Shown piece after piece: positions 56,101-64,000 of a stretch of 64,000 bases of DNA. The position numbers and the translations under genes were made by a program. The stretch spans positions 721 to 64,720 of the IMG/VR virus record IMGVR_UViG_3300014350_000112. One strand, given 5' to 3'. A model generated the notes under the pieces. The model saw only the letters and a list, made by a program, of their open reading frames with translations. It searched no databases and was not told the origin of the DNA. Origin of the DNA: a virus. Every line of letters begins with the position of its first letter. The first letter of the stretch is position 1.

Positions 56101-58688
56101 GAACCTCTGCTGTTGCTGTTCTTCTTACCGCAGCAAAAGTTAAACGCCTTATGTCGGGAACTATGATTTTTGATAGATTAACCGACTTAGTTGGACAAAC
56201 GGCTTTAGTAAATCCTGCCGCATTAGGTAATGAAAATTATTTTGACAATAAATACAGAGAAGAAAAATCTTCCTTATTTAGACCAGATGCACAAGAAGAA
56301 ATATTAAAAGATTTACAGCCGTTTACTCAGAATATAAGGCATAAACGTAGAGATTGGGCTTTTACATTACCTACTCTTATAGAGAGTTTTCATCAATGTA
56401 AGTTGACTGAAAAACAGCAAGAATATTATAATTCGTTAGTAACTAATGCAATAGAAGAAATTAAAAAAGATTCAAAATTATTTGATGAATTAAAAAAGGA
56501 TAGTGAAAAAAATGAATCCATGGTCTTAGCTGGCCTTGATGTTCATTTATCCAAAATTGAATCTTTTATCTATGCTCCTGATGCACATCTTCTAATTGAA
56601 GAGTTTCCTTATCTTAAAGATGATTCTAGAGAAGCCTACGCTTTTCAAAAAGCCTTTGCAAAAACTTCAGGAGTTACTAAGGAAGATTTAATATCTCCAA
56701 AAGTATCTAAAATAGATAGTATTATTGATCGCCATATAAACGGTTATGTATCTGAAGATGGTAGTAAAGTAGACCCAGAAAATTCTAAAATAATTGTTTT
56801 CTCTTACAGACGAGTAAATTCTGCTCACTTTTATAAGCACACTAAACATCAAAAAATTGCTGTTCATTATAGTGCTGGCGATGAAGCGGCATTAACAAGA
56901 TTTTTGAATGATGACCGTATTAAAGTTTTAGTTGCTGATGAAGTTTCTATTAATACAGGGAAAAACTTTCAAATAGCGGCTCGTATTATAAGAACGGAAA
57001 CTTTATGGGTTCCCGGAGGGCAGGAACAGGCTATTGCTCGTATCTGGCGTCCTGACTTTACTGATTTAAATTTAAAAAAGCGTCCATATGTTTATATGGA
57101 TTGGGTTTATACTGTTCCTTCATTTGAGGCTTTGAAAATTGCTAGATTAATTTCAAAGCTTATAAATATGAAAAAATATGATGAAGGTGATAATCCAGCC
57201 TTTATGAGAGAACCTTTAGGTTCTTTAAATAATCCAAATATGGAAAAAATTATAAAAGATTTAGGTATTTACGTTGATAAGAATATACCTATAAACGAAC
57301 AATTATTTGCACTAAGAGAACTTAAATTAAACCTTAAAAATTTAGAAAGCGTTCGTTATCCACAGCAAGTTAAAGAGTATTTTGGATATTACGCTTTATT
57401 AAATTCTTGGGAAGCTAGAGAATTTGAAAAAGCTAAAGTTGATCCTAAAAATAAAATCACTGTAATATCGCAACAACAAAGAAAAGAAATTCCCGGTTCT
57501 AAAAAAATGCGTTTCTTGCCTCGTGTTCCGGGCATGATGCCACTTGATCCGGGAAATAAATATAGCTTTGAACCTATTGCTGTTTTACAAGAAAAACTTA
57601 AATTGGACGCTGAAATATCAAATGAAGAGAATATGGAGGATGATTTTGAAGGTGATGAAAATGAATTAATGGAATTGTTGGAAATTCATCCAGTTAAAAA
57701 AGGTGATGTTGTAGATACTCAATGGGGATTTGGCTTTGTAGTTAAAACCACTAAAGATACTATAGGAGTTGCAATCCCCGGTTTTAAAGAACCAATTTTA
57801 CGTATAAACAAAGCTTGTGCTTATTTAATTGGTAATAAAGATGCCGAAAAAAGAATTCGTTTAAAACTCAAACGTAAAGAGCTTAGCCATAGATTCCCTG
57901 AAGGAATGGATGGAAGTTTAGTATTAAGTAATTCTTCCAAAATGCCTAAGTTTGATGATGATAATCTTGATAAAAATATTCCAAAATTTAATCCTTCTAA
58001 GATTGTAAATGATATTAATGAAGAAGACGAAGAAATAGTTACTCGTTTTGGTAAAGAAAAAGTTAACGTAACAGATAAAAACAAAACTATCGAGATTACT
58101 CCATTAATAGTGGATAAACAAGTTGCTCTGATGGTTTATGAAGCAGACGATGATTCTTCTTTCTTAGAAGTTAATCATGGTTTCCGACGTTTAAATGACT
58201 TTGTTGCTGTGTATATACAAAACGTTAGAGTTTTAGACGCAGTTTTAAATAAGCTTCAAGCTTCATTTAAAATACATGAGAAATATATCAATAATATTGA
58301 TAGTTATCGTTCCGCTCTTATTAAAAAGCGTTTAGACGTTTTTGATCCGCACGAATATGCAGGTTCTTTACGTTTCTTAGCCATAGAGCAACATAAAAAG
58401 ATTAAGGAAGGTGTTTTAAGACCTTATCCAATTATTTGGAATAATAGACTTTATATTTGCTTTGACAAAGAAAGTCAGCCTTCTTCTAGAAAAGTGCGTA
58501 TGAAGTTATCTAATATACCCGGAGTTAAAATTACAAATGAACCATCTTCTCTTATCCATATTTACAAAACCGCAACACAGGCTATTTCGTCTCTTAAAGA
58601 AGTAAAAGAAAAAGTTAAGATAACGAATTATCTTACTGTTCTTGAAAATTTAAGAAAAGCAAAAACCCTTAATCTTCGTAGAAAATAA
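53181..58688 (+). CDS. Large SNF2/SF2-like helicase-ATPase, 1835 aa
   Basis: Motif I variant QAGGAKT, Ia VVPPNGL..W..EI, II VDESH, III LMSGT, V INTGKNFQ.A, VI QAIARIWR. Confidence 0.82.
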   Translation: MSINQAASGILMGNFERSNVMLEQNLFKKARINHSALEMHSSKVAGVVARMLLNGTPFKKARKYIRKNIEEAAKKQIILPKKVSDKLKSRIKTIKKKIFNPRKPDAVSLENKRIKKSGKKAENFTFKMPPESKIVEKYSKLFGTLAKSNHDFIYRPIIHTFHMLRHIFSAAEFHLSYGSQPDQGVASVYRNWRDTNLLAAIEEPNSYLKDAGEYLETNIQKLPNHNFVLSIANQQSEPELMEATRKAARIIQTFFKDYKLPNSYKTINLDDHDPLTKELMGVGGYTGKAIVFDQNTLRVRYSFKELKTLRPVYSHFDEKAWAAGPNNIGMPPEAAMGRKVPSGVESILDSMLDFELILTPTPMSNKSVNNWAIRDKKTEGDFSDSSSPKMLLSYSLQVIPYIKWPREVAYYFTSSEKEEDFIPAFFFRYVALHKQYSGRVNQHTGGFKPPSKIQPLNKIKKLIEQEAKIRKITPRSNKEGFVIVGPSEKSLSGTVIHVPESRADNVEAYTNLYRNAFDKEQNQILFDKNDLMSNKPVLIDWANSMFTYANSVADRDYLKHGVTTINLTGSIPLNDVTIGRDLDRTLYDDNSITVAFRDRLTNFTNEFGIRDTKKELTSSDVPRLVYESGFKSFPTLIEADGVREKFDIDNDEHRELLAADAYDSLDDNIKSTLENLRIYTVVEAFNRLIHNISLDIKWIHIGNPDHPDLKDSPVLRASCAFIKAQCERALSKIDDWGIAYKDKIEFLRYRLWLICRYSKRSEHFIKVYQKEIEVNQGKDIKKDAPVPVYNLPNLKVLLPHTVEAVNCLNAPENKNSFVSIQAGGAKTITSILDITNAIATKKVKRAVVVPPNGLVGTWVDEINSKSEGSINAIPLTTAILRDIERTVSNRHQGANIDTPDYKNLGRYLLSAPPNTIFIASMSFLKSHTETVVYGDKTTSRYYMAEFIRDLFNAPEDLLCCVDESHFVKRIGSARTSAVAVLLTAAKVKRLMSGTMIFDRLTDLVGQTALVNPAALGNENYFDNKYREEKSSLFRPDAQEEILKDLQPFTQNIRHKRRDWAFTLPTLIESFHQCKLTEKQQEYYNSLVTNAIEEIKKDSKLFDELKKDSEKNESMVLAGLDVHLSKIESFIYAPDAHLLIEEFPYLKDDSREAYAFQKAFAKTSGVTKEDLISPKVSKIDSIIDRHINGYVSEDGSKVDPENSKIIVFSYRRVNSAHFYKHTKHQKIAVHYSAGDEAALTRFLNDDRIKVLVADEVSINTGKNFQIAARIIRTETLWVPGGQEQAIARIWRPDFTDLNLKKRPYVYMDWVYTVPSFEALKIARLISKLINMKKYDEGDNPAFMREPLGSLNNPNMEKIIKDLGIYVDKNIPINEQLFALRELKLNLKNLESVRYPQQVKEYFGYYALLNSWEAREFEKAKVDPKNKITVISQQQRKEIPGSKKMRFLPRVPGMMPLDPGNKYSFEPIAVLQEKLKLDAEISNEENMEDDFEGDENELMELLEIHPVKKGDVVDTQWGFGFVVKTTKDTIGVAIPGFKEPILRINKACAYLIGNKDAEKRIRLKLKRKELSHRFPEGMDGSLVLSNSSKMPKFDDDNLDKNIPKFNPSKIVNDINEEDEEIVTRFGKEKVNVTDKNKTIEITPLIVDKQVALMVYEADDDSSFLEVNHGFRRLNDFVAVYIQNVRVLDAVLNKLQASFKIHEKYINNIDSYRSALIKKRLDVFDPHEYAGSLRFLAIEQHKKIKEGVLRPYPIIWNNRLYICFDKESQPSSRKVRMKLSNIPGVKITNEPSSLIHIYKTATQAISSLKEVKEKVKITNYLTVLENLRKAKTLNLRRK

Positions 58689-58697
58689 GGAAAAACC

Positions 58698-59183
58698 ATG
58701 ATTGACCATAAAGATTCTGTAAGAGTGTTTTCTGCTGCCAAACTTATGTTTATAGGTATGGGAATTAGAGCCTCCTTATCCTCTGTTGATGGAAACGTGT
58801 GGACAGAACAAGATATTTTCGATTGGAGAAGCGTTCAATATAAGTTTCAGCAACCTACAAGGACTGAAAGTCCGGTTGTAGGATCTTTTACTCCGGAATT
58901 GTTGGAAGAATTTACTAAATATTGGGAAATGACTTCAGCTTCTTCTGATGAATTGAAAGCCATTGTTACTGATTTACAGGAACAGGCTTCGGAGGGTTCT
59001 TCTACAGTTCAACAGGAACAGCTTGATAAAGCCGAAGAAAAAGCAGAACAGCAGAATGAAAATTTGACTGGCGGTTTAGACAATATGCCGACAGCCGATC
59101 CTGAAATGGCAGAAGCTTTTAATAACGATGAGATAAAAACTGTGGTTCCTAATGCTAATGTCGAGGAAGACCCTAATAACTAA
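58698..59183 (+). CDS. Acidic hypothetical (probably virion) protein, 161 aa
   Basis: AAGGAAAA RBS. Confidence 0.7.
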   Translation: MIDHKDSVRVFSAAKLMFIGMGIRASLSSVDGNVWTEQDIFDWRSVQYKFQQPTRTESPVVGSFTPELLEEFTKYWEMTSASSDELKAIVTDLQEQASEGSSTVQQEQLDKAEEKAEQQNENLTGGLDNMPTADPEMAEAFNNDEIKTVVPNANVEEDPNN

Positions 59184-59213
59184 TTTTTAATTACTAAAAT
59201 ATAATCTTAGTTT

Positions 59214-59250
59214 AAAGAGCCGTGGGTATTTCAACCTCACGGCTCTTTTT
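59214..59250 (+). terminator. Intrinsic terminator closing the late block
   Basis: AAAGAGCCGTG-N13-CACGGCTCTTTTT. Confidence 0.75.
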
Positions 59251-59294
59251 ACATTTGCGGTAAAGCATATGTAATAAAAACATACAGGTAAAAT

Positions 59295-62200
59295 ATGATT
59301 AAAACTTCTTTTCTTTTTGATATTGATAAATTTAAAGAATTACCTAGATTATCTGTTAGGTCTTCATCCATGTTGGATGATAATTCTAATGGGCCTAGGG
59401 TGCTTTTTGTATGCGATTATATACCATATAAAGATATTGATAAAGCCAAAGCAGGGGAACCCTCTATAGTTTTAGGGGATATGGAGGGTCAAGTTCTTTC
59501 TAATGTTTTAAAAGCTGTAACGAGAGATAATGATGGATTTAAGGAGTTTACTGTCTTTAATTGGTATAATGTAGATAATGACTTAATAAATTACAACAAT
59601 TTTGAAAATAAAAAAGCTTTTGACACTTTAACAAGAAATTATGCAAATGAGCGTTTGCGTAAATTTATTCTTAAGATGAAACCAAACGTCGTGTTTTTTT
59701 CTGGTATGGAACCGTTTGTATCTTATCTTGAAAAGTATAACAGAAATGATTTTCCAAAAAATGTAAATTTATATAACAAGTTTGGCCGCCTACTAAATAT
59801 TAAAGTAGGATCATTTGAAACTAACTTTATAGGTTCTTTAGATATTAGGCGCGCTGGCTCTCAAAAACAAGAAGATATTAAAAAATATCCAAACTTATTA
59901 GGTTTTTTCGCTTCTGCTTTAGATACAGCTAGAAGGAACGAGAATCGTTATAACATAGAACTTGGAAAGATAAAGTATAATTATATAAATACTATAGAAA
60001 AATTCGATCTATTCTATAGAAAATTATTAAAAAAAGATATTGTTTCTATAGATTCTGAAACATTAGGTTTGGGCCGTATTAGTAATAAACTTTTTTCTAT
60101 ACAATTTACTTTTAACCGTAATGATAAAGAATCTTATTTTATACCTTTAGACCATACAGACACCCCATTCAATAAAAATGAATTATTGTCTATTAAAAAT
60201 AAACTTCGTAAATATTTTGAAATTGGTCAATCTGTTTTTCATATATATCAAAACGGAAAATTTGATATACAACAATTTATAGAGCAGTTAGGAGTGCGCT
60301 ATTATAATCATCATATTTACGATGTAATGGCTGGAGAATATGCACTCGACGAGAACAGAAAATTACTTGCTAAAAAGGGCGGTATTAACGCTGTAACTAA
60401 ACCTTTTTCTCTCGATGCTATAGCAGAATACTATGGTTGTGATATTTACTCTAGGATTGCCTTTTCAAAAGGTGATCGTGGAGATATGTCTTCTACGAAA
60501 TTAGATAAAAAGTTTATAAAATATTCTTGTTTAGATACAGTAGTTCCAATTCATATTGTTCGATGCCAATTACAGGAAGCGAAGAGAGTAAAAAATAGGC
60601 ATTTCAAAAGATTTATCCTTCATGTTATCAGTAACACTATTTTAGCAATTGCTCAAATGGAGCATACTGGTGCTCTTTTAGATAAAAAGTATGTCTTTTC
60701 TTTGAAATCACACGATTCTCCTTTAGACAAACAAATTAATGATACGTTAAAAGAGTTATACGCGTTACCGAACGTCAAAAAGGCCAATAGGCTTTTAATA
60801 GAAAAAAATAATATTCCTATAGGATTTAAACAGCCTTTTATTTTCAATATCAATAAGGAAGAATCAAAACAGGTTCTTTTCTTTAAAACATTAAAATTAG
60901 AACCTACGCAGTTAACTAAAAAAGGCACAGGAGCTGTTAATCGCCAATTTAAAGATAAATATAAACACTTACTTGAAATTCAATTGATAGATAAGTATGA
61001 AAAATTAAAAAAACTTAAGACAACTTATGTAGATGGTTTCTTTAATAAATTAACCAAAAATAAAGATTCTAAAGACAGTCGTATTCGTTCAGATTATATA
61101 TGGAATGAAATAAGCACAGGAAGATTATCTTCCCGTGATCCAAATTTACAAAATATCATTTCTCGTGGCGAATTAGCTAAAGCAATTAAGCGCACTTTTA
61201 TTGCTGGTTATGGAAAAATTCTTATTAAGAATGACTATTCAGCACACGAGGTTCGTGGGTGGGCTAACATTGCTAACGATAAACGTTTATCAAAATCTTT
61301 TGACTCCGGATTAATGATGCGCCGTAGATTACGCATATTAATGAATAAAAATAGAGAATTAGCAGAGACGTGGCGGAATAGAAAAGAAAAAATTAGATGG
61401 GGTGTTAAAGAAAAGAAAAAAGGTGATGTTGTAATAACACCAGCAGGCATAGTCGATTATAACGATAAGAAAAATTATATCTCTAAACTTTTAAATAATG
61501 AAGAGAAAGAAATTGCCTCTTTAGAACTAGAACTAGAAGTTTTTGGTGATATTCATAAACTTAATGTGCAACATTTTTGGGGAACGCACCCATTAGAAGT
61601 AACAGAGGAACAACGCTATGCTGTTAAGGCAGTTGTTTTTGGCGTAATTTATGGTAAGACCGCTCCGGGACTTGCTGAAACCTTGAATACTACAGAAGAA
61701 AAAGCTCAAGAAATTATTGATCTTCTGTTTGAAAAATTCAAAGAAGGCGGTGACTGGATTAAAACAGTAATACGTGAAGCTCAAAGAGTTTTTCATGTTA
61801 TTTCTCCTGCTGGTATGGTTCGTCATCTTTGGGCTTATTTACATAATAAACAAGGCGTTCGAAGTGCTATGGATCGCCGCGGACCAAATTCAATTATCCA
61901 AGGGTTAGCTTCTCAACAAGGAGTCGACTCTATGCGTAATCTACAAACCTTATTTTGGGAATATTTTATCAAAAGAAATATTGATGTTCCTTGGAAAATA
62001 ATTACAAACTATGTTCATGATTCAGTAGAATCTGAAAATTATATCCATCTTCTCCCATTGCATCTTTATTTTATGGAACATGCTGCCACTACACTTGTTC
62101 ATAAAAATTATGAAGATATACATGGTATGAAATTTAAGGTAGGTCTTGAAATTGAATTTCAAATGGGACCATCAATGGATAAATTAGATACATGGAAATG

Positions 62201-62459
62201 GGGACTTTTAGAATTACGTTCTTATGCTGAAAAAACTCTAGATTGGCAGGGAGACTATTATAATATAAAAAATCATTCTAAGATCAAAAAAAGAATAATG
62301 CGGGCTTTTGACATTAATGCTGATTTAATATTTAAAATAAGGGCTAAAGAGTTGAAAGGCCTTAGCGGTAAATCAAATGTAATTGAACGTGATCTAATTC
62401 TAAAACCGCAGCATATGAAAAAACTTAAATTTGTATATAATGTAAATGGAGTTAATTAA
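59295..62459 (+). CDS. polA: Family A DNA polymerase with 3'-5' exonuclease and N-terminal UDG-like region
   Basis: Exo I DSETLG, NGKFD, YSCLD; LSSRDPNLQNI, motif A DYSAHE, motif B R..VKAVVFGVIYG, NSIIQG, motif C VHDS. Confidence 0.95.
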   Translation: MIKTSFLFDIDKFKELPRLSVRSSSMLDDNSNGPRVLFVCDYIPYKDIDKAKAGEPSIVLGDMEGQVLSNVLKAVTRDNDGFKEFTVFNWYNVDNDLINYNNFENKKAFDTLTRNYANERLRKFILKMKPNVVFFSGMEPFVSYLEKYNRNDFPKNVNLYNKFGRLLNIKVGSFETNFIGSLDIRRAGSQKQEDIKKYPNLLGFFASALDTARRNENRYNIELGKIKYNYINTIEKFDLFYRKLLKKDIVSIDSETLGLGRISNKLFSIQFTFNRNDKESYFIPLDHTDTPFNKNELLSIKNKLRKYFEIGQSVFHIYQNGKFDIQQFIEQLGVRYYNHHIYDVMAGEYALDENRKLLAKKGGINAVTKPFSLDAIAEYYGCDIYSRIAFSKGDRGDMSSTKLDKKFIKYSCLDTVVPIHIVRCQLQEAKRVKNRHFKRFILHVISNTILAIAQMEHTGALLDKKYVFSLKSHDSPLDKQINDTLKELYALPNVKKANRLLIEKNNIPIGFKQPFIFNINKEESKQVLFFKTLKLEPTQLTKKGTGAVNRQFKDKYKHLLEIQLIDKYEKLKKLKTTYVDGFFNKLTKNKDSKDSRIRSDYIWNEISTGRLSSRDPNLQNIISRGELAKAIKRTFIAGYGKILIKNDYSAHEVRGWANIANDKRLSKSFDSGLMMRRRLRILMNKNRELAETWRNRKEKIRWGVKEKKKGDVVITPAGIVDYNDKKNYISKLLNNEEKEIASLELELEVFGDIHKLNVQHFWGTHPLEVTEEQRYAVKAVVFGVIYGKTAPGLAETLNTTEEKAQEIIDLLFEKFKEGGDWIKTVIREAQRVFHVISPAGMVRHLWAYLHNKQGVRSAMDRRGPNSIIQGLASQQGVDSMRNLQTLFWEYFIKRNIDVPWKIITNYVHDSVESENYIHLLPLHLYFMEHAATTLVHKNYEDIHGMKFKVGLEIEFQMGPSMDKLDTWKWGLLELRSYAEKTLDWQGDYYNIKNHSKIKKRIMRAFDINADLIFKIRAKELKGLSGKSNVIERDLILKPQHMKKLKFVYNVNGVN

Positions 62460-63580
62460 TGGTAGCTATAAATGAGGCTCTTTTAGCTACTATGATTGGG
62501 TTAGCCGTTAAGGCTATGCCATCTAAACCCGAAACTGTAGGATTTAAATTTAAAAAGAATAGTTTAGCTATACGAACAAACGCTGACAATTTTGATTGTT
62601 TAATTACTATTCCTTTGAAGGAAGAGGTTGATAAAGTAGACAGAATCTCTTTTGCTTTAGAAACTAACATTGCTGGAACTTTGTTTAACAAAAATCAATC
62701 TATACGAATTTCTTTATCTAAAAAAGGAAATGTAATTTTTTTCAAAAAGATTCAGGGCAATATTAAAAAAAGCGGACGTATTGAATCTGTAGAACTAACT
62801 GATGACGTTGACTGGCAAGATTCCCATAGCAGTCAATTGCCTTCAGATTTATTTATTACTGCAAGTAAACTCCATAAACTTATTCAAATATCACCGTTGT
62901 TCGGCCATCCTGATCCTAATGTAATCATTTCCTTAAATGGAAATAAAGGGCGGGTGTTAACTGCTGATAACCATCATATGTCATGTGTAGATTTTCCAGT
63001 AGACTCTGTTAAAAAAGAAAACTTTTCTTTTATGTTACCTAAATTCTATATGAATTATTTTGATGGATTTGGTAATACAAATGGAGTTTTTCTTACAGCA
63101 AACAAAAAATTAGAGATTCATAACACTTTAAAAGAGTGCCAAATTTTACTTTCAATTCCTAGTATCGCCCAAGAAGATGAAACCACCGCTGTATTTGAAA
63201 ATTTAATTAAGCCTAAAGATAAATCGGTTAGATTTTCTTTAACTAAAGAAATATATGAAACATTAAATGAAGATATTATTAAAAATGGTATAGAAGATAT
63301 TGCTTTTCATATAGAAAGAAAAGAGTGTGTTATTAAAGGTATAGGTAAAGGATATGAGTTATCTAACAAAATTGTCCAAAACACTGATATATTAAAATCA
63401 ATATCTTTTTCGTTGCATATGCTCCAACTTAAGGAAGCATTATCAATAATATCAACTGTTTTTGATGCTGCTAAAGAAAAATTTGTAGTTGACTGTGTAT
63501 TAGAAAAAAGCACACTAGGATTATTTTTTAAAACTCCAAAACGCTCTCATGTTATCATGTTATCGCTTTCGGTAAAGTAA
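62459..63580 (+). CDS. Sliding clamp (DNA polymerase III beta-like)
   Basis: 373 aa, directly after the polymerase; VLTADNHHMS resembles the beta-clamp LVATDGHRLA; a clamp loader is in the window. Confidence 0.65.
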   Translation: MVAINEALLATMIGLAVKAMPSKPETVGFKFKKNSLAIRTNADNFDCLITIPLKEEVDKVDRISFALETNIAGTLFNKNQSIRISLSKKGNVIFFKKIQGNIKKSGRIESVELTDDVDWQDSHSSQLPSDLFITASKLHKLIQISPLFGHPDPNVIISLNGNKGRVLTADNHHMSCVDFPVDSVKKENFSFMLPKFYMNYFDGFGNTNGVFLTANKKLEIHNTLKECQILLSIPSIAQEDETTAVFENLIKPKDKSVRFSLTKEIYETLNEDIIKNGIEDIAFHIERKECVIKGIGKGYELSNKIVQNTDILKSISFSLHMLQLKEALSIISTVFDAAKEKFVVDCVLEKSTLGLFFKTPKRSHVIMLSLSVK

Positions 63581-63581
63581 C

Positions 63582-64000
63582 ATGACAGAAGAAGAAATAA
63601 TATTAGAATGTAGCGTTACTTCTCCGCGTATGCAGTTTTTTAATATGTCTGCTAATAAAATATATAAGCAGATGATGCGTGGTAAAAAAAGAGGCCCACT
63701 ATATACTATTTTACGGATAGATAATCCAGTTAACCGTAATGTTTTATCTTTAGGTGAAAATCAAACCACTATTCAATTTATAAATATGCGTATGCTGGAA
63801 TCATCTGGACTATTTTTTGGTTTTCTTTTTGAAATTCCTGACATATGCGAAATTAATATAAAATTAGATAGAATGATTATAATTAAAAAAAGATTAGTTG
63901 AATACACAAACGTAGAATTACGTTACCAAGACAATTTTTTGAATATTTTTTCTGCTCCTCAAGGTGCTATATTAATGACTACTTCTGCTATGAAACTTTT
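63582..64000 (+). CDS. Hypothetical protein, partial (runs off the right edge)
   Basis: MTEEEIILECSVTSPRMQFFNMS... open to the window end. Confidence 0.7.
   Translation, partial: MTEEEIILECSVTSPRMQFFNMSANKIYKQMMRGKKRGPLYTILRIDNPVNRNVLSLGENQTTIQFINMRMLESSGLFFGFLFEIPDICEINIKLDRMIIIKKRLVEYTNVELRYQDNFLNIFSAPQGAILMTTSAMKL

Larger units (their letters stand above)
4294..59264. promoter_or_regulatory. Recurrent CGGTAAA element, putative phage middle promoter (dispersed)
   Basis: 31-41 nt before starts at 4256(-), 9246(-), 10624, 24196, 25963, 31836(-), 59295; 52 nt before 20565. Confidence 0.6.

Noticed and set aside
1-64000. Stop-codon reassignment, tRNA or rRNA genes
   Set aside because: Long ORFs are intact under the standard code with TAA, TAG and TGA all used as stops; no cloverleaf or rRNA-like segment was recognised by eye (tRNAscan would be the formal check).

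Overview
The window is a 64-kb segment of an AT-rich (roughly 30% GC by eye) jumbo dsDNA bacteriophage. The host is probably alphaproteobacterial, inferred from a gene-transfer-agent (GTA)-type TIM-barrel domain and an alpha-type sigma70 promoter. Layout: (1) 1-3.1 kb, a GC-richer minus-strand block of small early-type genes, including acidic/AT-hook and Lys/Ala-rich proteins, carrying 21 copies of the heptamer CCGACTT/AAGTCGG; (2) 3.2-9.2 kb, minus strand, SbcC/Rad50 and a clamp-loader ATPase; (3) 9.25-10.14 kb, a hairpin-rich, largely non-coding divergence zone; (4) 10.1-30.5 kb, plus strand, nucleotide metabolism, replication and recombination (phosphoesterase, SLOG, dUTPase, adenine MTase, dNMP kinase, ThyA, Cas4-like nuclease, zincin, macrodomain, sigma factor, SSB-like protein with a huge D/K tail, RecA with a mini-intein, SbcD, DnaG); (5) 30.6-32.4 kb, a minus-strand trio with RuvC; (6) 32.5-59.2 kb, a late/virion-type block with interspersed enzymes (neck-like protein fused to a GTA TIM barrel, histone-H1/HMGA-like protein, HNH, NAD ligase, an Acb1-like anti-CBASS 2H domain inside a membrane protein, topoisomerase IB, 1835-aa SNF2-like helicase); (7) 59.3-64 kb, family A DNA polymerase and a beta-clamp-like protein. 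No tRNA, rRNA or CRISPR array was seen. All calls rest on motif recognition by eye; no searches were run.
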